Virus record (IMG/VR): IMGVR_UViG_3300031519_004559
DNA: 64,000 bases
Source of the DNA: a virus
Reading direction: 5' to 3' (one strand)
Shown piece after piece: positions 26,408 to 35,255 of this stretch (position 1 is the stretch's first letter; each line of letters opens with the position of its first letter). Below the pieces are notes generated by a model. The model saw only the letters and a program-made list of their open reading frames with translations, did not search any database and was not told the origin of the DNA. The translations under genes and the position numbers were made by a program.

Positions 26408-29077
26408 TTACTCTCCAAAGTCAAACAAACTTGAAAACGTATTATGCCTCTTAGTATCTTCTAGTGGATAGTTAAGAACTCCAATCAAGTTGTCTAGTTT
26501 GTTATCAATAATAGTTTCTGCCATAGCTATATCATCAAATGGCAACTCTTTAAACCAATCAGGAATACGTAACTCGTCTGTTGGATACGCAACACTTGTA
26601 TACCCTAGTGGATTTTGTTTTAGTTTACAAACAATGACCTTCATGCCGTCTACAACTTCTTGCGAGTACTTGTCACCATTCATACGTTTGAGTGTATTCC
26701 AATTAATACTTGCTCTAACGTGTCCAGGCATGTTTGCTTTGCCTTGCTTTTCTTCAAGTCGTTGATAGTGTCCGACTTTGTTTGCACGTTTCGGACTACC
26801 TTTCTCCCAACCAGGCCTCTCACTAAACTCCTTACGGAATACAGTAATACGTTCTAGTACATCTTCTTGCGGCTTGTCAGTAAGCACCATAAGCAATAGC
26901 TCACTTAGGAACTCTTGCATAAACACGGGAGTATCTGATCTACGCAAGTCCAAGCCCATTGCTTTTACTTTACCTGCTTTGCCGTCTACATCTGTTCTAA
27001 AGCCTTCAATGTCATACACTAGTGCTGCATAACGCTTCTTAGTAATAAACAACCCTGACTGTGCTACAATTTCTCTAGCCGCTGCAATAACGTCTGATCT
27101 ACTCTTTGGACAATGAAATGCTTCCATCATAAACTTTGGAAAAGTTTCATTAGCCGCTTCGCATACTTGATCATATAGTGTAATTACGTTGTCCTTATCC
27201 CAAGGAATAGAACCATTGTCAATTTGCTCTTTGAGAATAGGATAACCACTAAAGTAACATGAGTCAGTATCACCATAGATCATTGCATCACCTGTGTGAT
27301 CATAAACACCTGTAATAGTCTTGTTAACTTCTGCACTCATATGCTTAACAATAGTACGTCCTGTTAGTGTTGTACTTTGTCCGATACGTTTGTCAAAGAA
27401 TCTACAACCTGGATTAAGAATTGCACCATACAAACTGTTAAGCAAAATCTTCTTAACTAGCTGTCGCTTATCCCAATACTCAATCTCTGCTGAGTTGCCG
27501 GCGTCCTTAGCTTTCTTTAGCTTCTTCTGCATCTCTTTACGTTCAGCATACCAACGTTTTAAAATACCTGGAATAACACCTTCAAACTCTGTAGTAAAAA
27601 TAGTACCGTTACTACTAAGCATCCAGGGTTGATGACTATCAAACACTGCTTTATAAATTTCAGCACCGCTTAGAACGTCACTGCCCCCGCTCTCCCAGTC
27701 AATGGTTAGCGCAACATCTTTACGCTGTTCCATAACTGCTTCATATTCTTCTGTACTAAAGCGTCCTTCCCAACTACCAGCAAAACTCTTCTTCTTTAAG
27801 AACATGTCTTCGTGTACACGAGCATCACTAATGTCTGGACGTATTTGTCCAATAACAGTTTCTGGCGCCATGTTTAATGCACGAATAACTGACGGATATA
27901 GTGAGTTCAAATCCATTGAACCAATCCATTTGTGCAAGCCCTTCTTAGGAAATGCTACATATGCACCAGCCGCTTGTGTATTTTCGTCATCACGTCTTTG
28001 TCGATTAGGAACTTGTAAGCCTCTATGGTGAGCTTCGTTAACAATGCCTTGTTCTGTAACAGCAACAGCGCCCATTGTAGTTTGAATAAGAACTGTGTTC
28101 TCGTGTGCAATAGTGTTAGACAAGTCAATAAAGCGTAGTTTCTTATCTAGTTTATCAAGTAGTGCTGTATCTTGAATGTTATATTGAATAAATTTACGGA
28201 AGTCGTTGTTGTATAATTGATCAAGTGTGCCTTCGTATTCAACTTTGTTTTCACCTACCTCAATCTCGCCAATAGCATCTAGTCGATATGTGTGACGCTC
28301 TTCGTAGGTGTACTTGCGATACAAATTCAAACTATCTAAGTGTACACGCCCAACTAAGTCAAACGTTTGGCTTTCTTTGCCGTACTTCTCGTACATACGC
28401 TTCTTAGGAAGTTGGCCCCACAAGCAGAATCTACGTGTGTCGTCTTTGCTTAGTACACGACTAGTCCTGTTTACAGTATATGGAATATCATATCCTTCAC
28501 TGTTCCATCCACTAAGTACATCACTGTCTTCAATAAGTGTTAAGAAAGTATCAATCATTTCACTTTCTTTTTCAACTAGCATTACATTGTCTATGCCTTC
28601 AACTTCTTTACGTGCTTGCTCCATAGTAAGTGTCTTTGGAGGTACAGCAATACATATCATAGTGTCGAGCCACTGTAAGTATACACTAATACTTGTAATA
28701 GGCATAAACGGATCACTAGGATCAGCAAAGCCACGTTCTGGATCAAAGTCGGTCTCAATATCAAAAAATGCAACGTTTAGTTTAGGTGCATCTGCGTTAA
28801 GATAGTTATCACTCAAACATTGAAAAATAGGATTAATGTCACTTTCAAACAGTTCTTTGTCTCTGTTAATAGCAACTTCTTTGCGGAAGTCTTTTGTACT
28901 CTTACATACAATACGACTTAGGGGATCACCGTATACACTTTTGTACTTGCCCCTAGGGTCTTTATAAAAAAATGTATATTTAGATTGATATTCACGGTAA
29001 ATTCTTTTACCATCTTTGCGTTCAACAGCTCGAATGATATCGGCGTCGCGATCAAAGAATGCGTCTACGTAGCTCAT
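26408..29077 (-). CDS. polB: Family B DNA polymerase
   Basis: Exonuclease FDIET, GWN..YD; polymerase DLNSLYPS, K..LNS.YG, YGDTDS, KKRY; start MSYVD after GAAGGAG. Confidence 0.97.
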   Translation of the reverse strand: MSYVDAFFDRDADIIRAVERKDGKRIYREYQSKYTFFYKDPRGKYKSVYGDPLSRIVCKSTKDFRKEVAINRDKELFESDINPIFQCLSDNYLNADAPKLNVAFFDIETDFDPERGFADPSDPFMPITSISVYLQWLDTMICIAVPPKTLTMEQARKEVEGIDNVMLVEKESEMIDTFLTLIEDSDVLSGWNSEGYDIPYTVNRTSRVLSKDDTRRFCLWGQLPKKRMYEKYGKESQTFDLVGRVHLDSLNLYRKYTYEERHTYRLDAIGEIEVGENKVEYEGTLDQLYNNDFRKFIQYNIQDTALLDKLDKKLRFIDLSNTIAHENTVLIQTTMGAVAVTEQGIVNEAHHRGLQVPNRQRRDDENTQAAGAYVAFPKKGLHKWIGSMDLNSLYPSVIRALNMAPETVIGQIRPDISDARVHEDMFLKKKSFAGSWEGRFSTEEYEAVMEQRKDVALTIDWESGGSDVLSGAEIYKAVFDSHQPWMLSSNGTIFTTEFEGVIPGILKRWYAERKEMQKKLKKAKDAGNSAEIEYWDKRQLVKKILLNSLYGAILNPGCRFFDKRIGQSTTLTGRTIVKHMSAEVNKTITGVYDHTGDAMIYGDTDSCYFSGYPILKEQIDNGSIPWDKDNVITLYDQVCEAANETFPKFMMEAFHCPKSRSDVIAAAREIVAQSGLFITKKRYAALVYDIEGFRTDVDGKAGKVKAMGLDLRRSDTPVFMQEFLSELLLMVLTDKPQEDVLERITVFRKEFSERPGWEKGSPKRANKVGHYQRLEEKQGKANMPGHVRASINWNTLKRMNGDKYSQEVVDGMKVIVCKLKQNPLGYTSVAYPTDELRIPDWFKELPFDDIAMAETIIDNKLDNLIGVLNYPLEDTKRHNTFSSLFDFGE

Positions 29078-29150
29078 GTATTCTCCTTCGTTGCTTATGG
29101 CCAACTTAACCTTCTACATGCCTAGCTAATAGCTATTGGCGTATTATTAA

Positions 29151-29432
29151 TTATAGCACAAATAGTTGTATAAGAGCAAGACAATTCATTACTACAAACC
29201 AACTACACAGTACTATTACAAATGCTGCTTGCCTAATTACTGCACTAACAACACCTAATAGACTTCCTACCAAATACATAGGTACAAATATCTTTGTTGC
29301 TGGATCTAAGATAGTAAATGTTAGAACAGCACTTGCACCAATTAGCAGTACTGCTTCTATCATTTCACAGTAGAACGCTACAGGACTAGTTCTGTAACTG
29401 TTCTTGAAAAACTCTGTAATCTTATCAATCAC
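29151..29432 (-). CDS. Small membrane protein
   Basis: Three hydrophobic helices. Confidence 0.65.
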   Translation of the reverse strand: MIDKITEFFKNSYRTSPVAFYCEMIEAVLLIGASAVLTFTILDPATKIFVPMYLVGSLLGVVSAVIRQAAFVIVLCSWFVVMNCLALIQLFVL

Positions 29433-29689
29433 TTATCTTTGCCTACCGTAACAACAAGTGTTTCCAAATCGTCAAATTCATCAGCAACTCTATCCCAGTC
29501 ACCTTTTTGTGCAATTTTAATTGCTTTGTTAATCATTGATGGCTTAATATCAAGTTCTTCAGCTACAGCCTTTACTGTTTCTTTTAGACCCATATTTAGA
29601 TCCTCAATTTCTTGTAGTACTGTAACACCTTCGTTAACAAGTCGTTCTAGTTTGGCCTTCTCTTCAGCCCCGTATGTGCGATCACTCAT
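29429..29689 (-). CDS. T4 DsbA-like dsDNA-binding protein
   Basis: Helical 86 aa, LKE.VKAVAEELDIKP..INKAIK; own sigma70 promoter. Confidence 0.6.
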   Translation of the reverse strand: MSDRTYGAEEKAKLERLVNEGVTVLQEIEDLNMGLKETVKAVAEELDIKPSMINKAIKIAQKGDWDRVADEFDDLETLVVTVGKDK

Positions 29690-29713
29690 AAGTTTCTCCT
29701 TTAATTTATATAC

Positions 29714-29742
29714 ATTGTACAGGATTTATTGTTGTTTGTCAA
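29714..29742 (-). promoter_or_regulatory. Sigma70-type promoter (dsbA-like to polB)
   Basis: TTGACA-17-TACAAT. Confidence 0.85.
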
Positions 29743-29926
29743 GAACTATTTTGGCTTTATAGGCTTCTTCAAACCCTTCTTCGTGGATATAACTTTCATT
29801 ATTTCCCCAAAGTCGTTTGAAGTAGCCGTCGGCACAAGCAATGATAGTTTCATCATTTGTTCCTAAGTGGCCTTTGGTCATATAGAATAACCGACATGCT
29901 TCTTTAAGTTCTTTTTCTGTCATCAC
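29726..29926 (-). CDS. Hypothetical protein
   Basis: Late-type box immediately upstream. Confidence 0.55.
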   Translation of the reverse strand: MMTEKELKEACRLFYMTKGHLGTNDETIIACADGYFKRLWGNNESYIHEEGFEEAYKAKIVLDKQQ

Positions 29927-29965
29927 GTATTTAGACCTTATACTATAGGCAATCGTAATTGTTGG

Positions 29966-30694
29966 TTAAGATTTGTGTTTTGCTAGTGCTTTGTAAAGTT
30001 GGGCTTTGATTGATGATTCGTTGGCATGTATTGCGGCTTGTTGTTTTTTACGCATAGGATGTCCTTTACCGTGGATACCTTTCTTACGTCCGTCACCTTC
30101 TTCAACACCGTCTTTCTTTTGTATTTTAGATAGCGTTTTTTGCATAGATATAATTTGTGATCTAAACATTGGATTTGTGATAAGTTCTGAAAATAATGCA
30201 ACGTATGGTTTAATAACATCACGTTCTCTTTCAGATAGTATTTCGCCCGAAGCGGCTTTTTTAAGTCCGATAGCAATCAATGCACTTTCGTCCATTTCTG
30301 GGTCTATTGCACCACCTAAAGTTGACGCCGCAGGTGTCAGTGCTCTTACGTCTATATCTTCTTCGCCGACTAGTTTATCTTTTAAAGGGTGCGTAGTACG
30401 CTTCGGTTCTGCTGTAGGTATAGGATCACTGCCTTTAGCTTGTCCTGCACTTCCAGTTTTTTGTGATTCTGTTATTCCTGCTAATTTAGCAAAATCTGAT
30501 ACATTATCAATGCCTAACGGCATTGATCCTTGTGGTACTTGTACACTTTCGGTTATGTAATCTTTTGTTGGGGGAGCATCTGGAGCCGGAGCGTTAGCCA
30601 TTTGTAACAATGCTTGTTTATCTGCTGCTGGGTCTGAAGGAAATAAGTCCTTCATTTTTGCACTTAGTTTGTAAAAGTCGTCCATGTTAGGCAT
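29966..30694 (-). CDS. Putative internal head protein, modular
   Basis: Repeated [ILV]xE sites (YITE, LAGITE, VEE). Confidence 0.55.
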   Translation of the reverse strand: MPNMDDFYKLSAKMKDLFPSDPAADKQALLQMANAPAPDAPPTKDYITESVQVPQGSMPLGIDNVSDFAKLAGITESQKTGSAGQAKGSDPIPTAEPKRTTHPLKDKLVGEEDIDVRALTPAASTLGGAIDPEMDESALIAIGLKKAASGEILSERERDVIKPYVALFSELITNPMFRSQIISMQKTLSKIQKKDGVEEGDGRKKGIHGKGHPMRKKQQAAIHANESSIKAQLYKALAKHKS

Positions 30695-31313
30695 CGCCCT
30701 TTACTCTGTGACAACTATCTCCTTTACCTCTACGATAGCCTTTCCAGCATACTTTACCATGACTGCCTTTTTTCTTTTCTTCGTCAAGTGTAGTATAACT
30801 TGGATTGCCGCACTTGGTGCAGTTATCTACTTTTTTTTTTGAATCTTCTTTAACTGTTGGTTTTTCGTGAGTCCAACCTTTTTTGGCCATATCTTTATGA
30901 TCTTGTTCAACTTTGGCCATTTTGCTTTTGCCAGTCTTTGGATCATACATCATATGTGGTTTGAATTTTTCGTCTTTGCCTTTTTTTGTTTCTAGCATTG
31001 CAGATAACCCATCTTTATAGCTAGAGCGTTTTGCTTCAGCAACAGCTTCGTTGGCAAACTTTGTATCGTAATCCATAGCGTGGTATACAGAGCCAACATA
31101 ATCTGCGGCTTTTGTTATTTTACTCTGTTGCCAACCTTCGATGCCTTCTGCTTCGCTTACACTTTTTAACATGTCATGAAGTTTAATTGCATACTTTGCA
31201 ATTTTATACAAATCAGCTCTTGCCATTTGTACTTCATGATCACGTTCAGCCATGTCAGCTAAACTAGCTAAGCCACCTTCGTTTACTTGGTTTTTAATTT
31301 CATTGTGCCGCAT
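30687..31313 (-). CDS. Putative internal head protein, modular
   Basis: MRHNEIKNQVNE leader; basic modules separated by xxE; start after GGAG. Confidence 0.6.
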   Translation of the reverse strand: MRHNEIKNQVNEGGLASLADMAERDHEVQMARADLYKIAKYAIKLHDMLKSVSEAEGIEGWQQSKITKAADYVGSVYHAMDYDTKFANEAVAEAKRSSYKDGLSAMLETKKGKDEKFKPHMMYDPKTGKSKMAKVEQDHKDMAKKGWTHEKPTVKEDSKKKVDNCTKCGNPSYTTLDEEKKKGSHGKVCWKGYRRGKGDSCHRVKGDA

Positions 31314-31353
31314 TATACTCTCCGTATACATATTTATGCTTTATAAATAGTAT

Positions 31354-32157
31354 TTATCTTTTGATGGCTTTGCCGCCCATTACGTTGGCCGTCATGTCTA
31401 GTGCATTTTTAGCAGTTCCGTCTGCGTTAGTAGCCTGCGGTGCTTTCGGTAAACCGTTCTTGTCTTTACCTACCTTACGTTTTGCACCAGGAACACTTGT
31501 TATAACAGAAACATCACCTGCACTTGTACCGCCTACTGTGGCAGTCTCATCTAACCCTGCTTGTGCTTTTGCAAGCATTGGCTTTAGTTTAGCTAACTCT
31601 GCTTTTACTTGAGGTACTTTAGGATGATTAGGATTGTTTCTAATTAACTCTTCATAGTCTTTAATTGCTTTTGCAACAACAGCGTATGACCCTTTAACTC
31701 CAGTTTTTATTACATTGCCAAGATCTTCATCTTCGCTAACACCAGCGTTACCGCCAAGATCTTTTCTGTTTCGATCAAATGGAACTTGAACGCTTTTGGG
31801 AGCCGGTTTGAAGATGCCCGTTTTTTTACCGCCACTATTATATTTCTGTATTAAGGCATTTAGAATTTTTCTATTACGGCTGAAGCTACCGTCGATAACA
31901 TTTGAATTCGCAGCCCTGTTAAGACCTATCCAAGCGTAAAAGGCTTTTTTGCCATCTTCTGGTGACATTACGTTTCGTATTAAATTCTCTAATTCTTTTT
32001 TCATTGGAGGTAATGTAGATGCTTCGTTCATTTTGTTCTTTGCATGACAATCACAATGTTTACAATCAGGTCCGCACTTACATTCTGTTACAGGCTTGCC
32101 GCAACATGCTTCTGGACACATCTCTACTTTTGCTTCTGTTATTTCAAATATTTTCAT
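31354..32157 (-). CDS. Putative internal head protein with metallothionein-like Cys-rich module
   Basis: MKIFEITE leader; CPEACCGKPVTECKCGPDCKHCDC. Confidence 0.6.
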   Translation of the reverse strand: MKIFEITEAKVEMCPEACCGKPVTECKCGPDCKHCDCHAKNKMNEASTLPPMKKELENLIRNVMSPEDGKKAFYAWIGLNRAANSNVIDGSFSRNRKILNALIQKYNSGGKKTGIFKPAPKSVQVPFDRNRKDLGGNAGVSEDEDLGNVIKTGVKGSYAVVAKAIKDYEELIRNNPNHPKVPQVKAELAKLKPMLAKAQAGLDETATVGGTSAGDVSVITSVPGAKRKVGKDKNGLPKAPQATNADGTAKNALDMTANVMGGKAIKR

Positions 32158-32158
32158 T

Positions 32159-33076
32159 TTATGATCTTCCCGATTTCATATTTGCGCACCAGTGCAACAT
32201 TTTGGCTTTTTCGCCACTTGCATTTTTAGCACGTTTGCGCAACTGTGTTACTGTGCCATTGCAACTAGCACCTGACTTCTTTACTCTACCTGGTCTGCTT
32301 TTGCCTTTTTTCTTACCATCAGCAAAGTTTTCAGCAACCGGCTCTTGCATATGTTGTTTAATTTCTTTAGCTGTGCGTTCAAACTTATGATCTTTGTATT
32401 TAAACCCAATGCCACCTGCTGCTTCCCATGCATTAATGTTAACACCGTAGTCGTCAATTAGTATGTTAGGAGTGCCGTCTTTTGCTGTAGCAAATTGTGG
32501 TTTATTGTGTGTAACATGTACTTCTTTAGGTGGGAAAAATGCTAGATTTTTCTCTACCCATGTTCGCTTGTGTTTTTCTGAATTAGGATCATCAGCTAAA
32601 GGACTAGTACAAATACTATATTCGCCTTTAACTTCTTTAATTAAGTTAAGTAAATTTTTTGCTTCTGGAAGTACAGGCAATCTTAACCAAAAGTCGTCAG
32701 TGTCTCGTATCTTTTGTAGTGCATCGTTTATATCGTGTTGTTTGTTAATGTCTGTAAAATGATCTACGTCCATTAGTTTAGCCCACTCGCCAAAGAAGTC
32801 TGCAATTACTCCGTCCATGTCAACGTATATTTCTGTAGCACTAGCAATTTCGCCCATTGCTTCTGTAAATTGCTTACCTTCAGAAAGACCTAAGTTAAAC
32901 AATACGTTAGTTCTCTTGCCTTTAACTTTACTACTAAGTGTAGGTGGTTTGCCGTCCTTATCAACAGTGTTGCCGAATTTAGCAGCCTGGCGTGGAATTT
33001 CACCTACACCAACATCTGGCGTAGTATTAACTCCTTTTACAATTCTTCCCCATTCTGTTAGGTCACGTATTCTCAT
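32159..33076 (-). CDS. 5'(3')-deoxyribonucleotidase (HAD) with flanking basic modules
   Basis: YVDMDGVIADF, CTSP, LIDD...N...W...GG.G; MRIRDLTE leader. Confidence 0.8.
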   Translation of the reverse strand: MRIRDLTEWGRIVKGVNTTPDVGVGEIPRQAAKFGNTVDKDGKPPTLSSKVKGKRTNVLFNLGLSEGKQFTEAMGEIASATEIYVDMDGVIADFFGEWAKLMDVDHFTDINKQHDINDALQKIRDTDDFWLRLPVLPEAKNLLNLIKEVKGEYSICTSPLADDPNSEKHKRTWVEKNLAFFPPKEVHVTHNKPQFATAKDGTPNILIDDYGVNINAWEAAGGIGFKYKDHKFERTAKEIKQHMQEPVAENFADGKKKGKSRPGRVKKSGASCNGTVTQLRKRAKNASGEKAKMLHWCANMKSGRS

Positions 33077-33300
33077 TTTTTACGTCCTCTAAATCCTGCA
33101 GGCATATTTTGATTCATCATTTTAGGCTGACTAAACCAAAGCTCAAACCATTCCTTGTCACCCGGTTTTATGTTTTGATCCCGCATCTTTTTTGCATTTG
33201 AATTTGCAGCATCACTGATGTTCTCAAGAGTGTACTCTGTGTAACCTTTGAATTCGTTTACACCAGCAAGTTTTTTAAGCTCATCAAGACTATCGTACAT
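33073..33300 (-). CDS. Hypothetical protein, putative head-associated
   Basis: LKKLAGVNE; IKPGDKEWFELWF. Confidence 0.55.
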   Translation of the reverse strand: MYDSLDELKKLAGVNEFKGYTEYTLENISDAANSNAKKMRDQNIKPGDKEWFELWFSQPKMMNQNMPAGFRGRKK

Positions 33301-33943
33301 TACTAGCCTGTACACCAATGGATGCTTCTGTATCACCTAATGCGCTATTAAGTAAGTCTGTTGCTGCTTGTCCGTTGCCAGGATACAGTATTTCTGCCGC
33401 TTTCGTTTTTTTCTCCTCATCCATTTCAGGCCATGCAGCTCTTAGTTCACTAGCACTTTTAATATCCATGCCACTAAAATTAAAATCTTGTGTAGGGCCA
33501 TACGTCATATAACCGTGCATATCAGCACCGTGTTCGAGGTTACCGTCGTAGCTGATAATGTAGCCCATTTGTCCATCACTTTTTCTTATTTGATCTGGCT
33601 TAGGATGACTTGCTTGATCTTTGTCGCTACGTACAAATACCAATGCTGTATTTTCAGCATCGTTTAATAAGGATTGATATGATAATGCGTTAAAAGGACT
33701 TTTAACTTGTATAAATCTTTCTTTAGGCACACCTGCCATAGAAGCTAATTGTTGTTTAATATTAAAGGGGAAAGGTCTAGACTTAGTATCGTCAGTTGCA
33801 GCTACATAAACATTGCCTTGTCCGAACGTTTTTACTGCCCAATCATATAGACTTTTGTGTCCAGGATGAAACGGATGAAAACCACCTGGCATGACTGCCA
33901 CAACTTTCTTTTTACGGTCTTCAAATAAGTCTCTTAACCTCAT
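33290..33943 (-). CDS. HxGH nucleotidyltransferase (cytidylyltransferase-like)
   Basis: PGGFHPFHPGH, SASELR; MRLRDLFE leader. Confidence 0.8.
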   Translation of the reverse strand: MRLRDLFEDRKKKVVAVMPGGFHPFHPGHKSLYDWAVKTFGQGNVYVAATDDTKSRPFPFNIKQQLASMAGVPKERFIQVKSPFNALSYQSLLNDAENTALVFVRSDKDQASHPKPDQIRKSDGQMGYIISYDGNLEHGADMHGYMTYGPTQDFNFSGMDIKSASELRAAWPEMDEEKKTKAAEILYPGNGQAATDLLNSALGDTEASIGVQASNVR

Positions 33944-34266
33944 GCATAATCACCCTGTTCAATTGCTTGCATCTCTTCTTGGTATATTTTATCATAAAGA
34001 GCCGCTCTATGTTCGTTATTATACATGTCGTCAGGGTGTTGTGTCAACCGGTATTTTGTGCAATAGTCAGTTATACCTTTTTCAATCATAGGCATAAGAG
34101 TTTTTCGTGGATCAGTATTTGTGCCTTCTCGTTGCATATCAGCAATTTTTGCCATTGTAGGGAAATATTCATTCCTATAAAAAGCAGAATCATTACGCAT
34201 ATGCATACAAGTGTCGTCTACAAGATCATACGGCATTTCAGTTGTTTCTGTAATTTCTCTTACCAT
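33940..34266 (-). CDS. Hypothetical protein
   Basis: MVREITE leader; TAATG coupling. Confidence 0.55.
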   Translation of the reverse strand: MVREITETTEMPYDLVDDTCMHMRNDSAFYRNEYFPTMAKIADMQREGTNTDPRKTLMPMIEKGITDYCTKYRLTQHPDDMYNNEHRAALYDKIYQEEMQAIEQGDYA

Positions 34267-34853
34267 TACCATTTTCTGCAACTCCAGTAACGTGCTTTAT
34301 GTCTTGGTCCAGGATTATCACAATTATGTCTTGCTCTAAAAGAACGTCTTGCTGCTGGATTGTTTTTACGAATCTTCATAGCTTTGCCTTTAACACTGCT
34401 TCCGCCGTGTCCGAAGTTTACTTTAACTACATTACCTTTTGGATTCTTAACGTATACTTTAAACTTTTTAACATCGCCTTGCATAGGCTTGCCTAGTTTA
34501 ACTGTACGTCCTTGGTATTCTGCTTCGTCAATAACATCATCATCGTTATACCACATAACACCGTACTCTTCAAAAAAGTCATCGTCGTCTTCGAATGTTA
34601 CTTCGTCGGTTTCTTCTAATTCGTCTGTTGATATATCAATATCAAAATCTGTATGCCCTTGCTCAAACATATAGTTTGCTAGTCGCTGTGCATATTCATT
34701 TGATTCTTCTTCGCTTAACTGACGAGAAAGTGGTATTTCGTAAACAGTTGCACCTTGCTCGGTTTCATAAATTTCTTGTTCAGCAAAAATGCTCTCGTCT
34801 AATGAATTAGCTGTGTCTTGCTTTTCCATCGTAATTCTTACAAAATGTTCCAT
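34266..34853 (-). CDS. Acidic N-terminus + basic C-terminal domain (DUF6321-like)
   Basis: KFKVYV...VNFG...RRSFRARHNC...ARYWSCRKW. Confidence 0.65.
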   Translation of the reverse strand: MEHFVRITMEKQDTANSLDESIFAEQEIYETEQGATVYEIPLSRQLSEEESNEYAQRLANYMFEQGHTDFDIDISTDELEETDEVTFEDDDDFFEEYGVMWYNDDDVIDEAEYQGRTVKLGKPMQGDVKKFKVYVKNPKGNVVKVNFGHGGSSVKGKAMKIRKNNPAARRSFRARHNCDNPGPRHKARYWSCRKW

Positions 34854-34861
34854 CAGTCCTC

Positions 34862-35251
34862 CTAGTGGTTTAGTGCAATCGACCCTATTGTGCCGTCGGT
34901 CCAGTTATATACTTTTGCTCTAAGCCATACGTAATTACCTGTAAAATTAAACATGTAACTACCATACGTTCCTGTATATATTTGTTGAGTATCAGTAACA
35001 ATAAACCAATCACTATCAGTCGGAGTTACAGCTAATGTCGCTTGTATCTCAATAGTGCCTACAACGGCATTATTTGCATTTCCTAATAGGTTATATTGTA
35101 CTGTATGAAATCCGTCAGCACGACCGTAATAACCGTCGCCCTTTAGATTGCTTGATGTGTAAGTCGTTGCAGTACTGTCGCCTGGATGTGTCAACTGTAC
35201 TGTAGTTGCTCCGCTTACTGTAAATTCAAAATTTTCGCTACTTGCTGGCAT
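34862..35251 (-). CDS. Beta-rich virion structural protein
   Basis: IEIQATL...DWF...FTGNYVWLRA; late promoter. Confidence 0.6.
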   Translation of the reverse strand: MPASSENFEFTVSGATTVQLTHPGDSTATTYTSSNLKGDGYYGRADGFHTVQYNLLGNANNAVVGTIEIQATLAVTPTDSDWFIVTDTQQIYTGTYGSYMFNFTGNYVWLRAKVYNWTDGTIGSIALNH

Positions 35252-35255
35252 ACTG

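Noticed and set aside
30831-30840. A10 homopolymer (minus strand) as a programmed frameshift or phase-variation site
   Set aside because: The frame continues into plausible modules (KKK codons); no evidence of a useful alternative frame.
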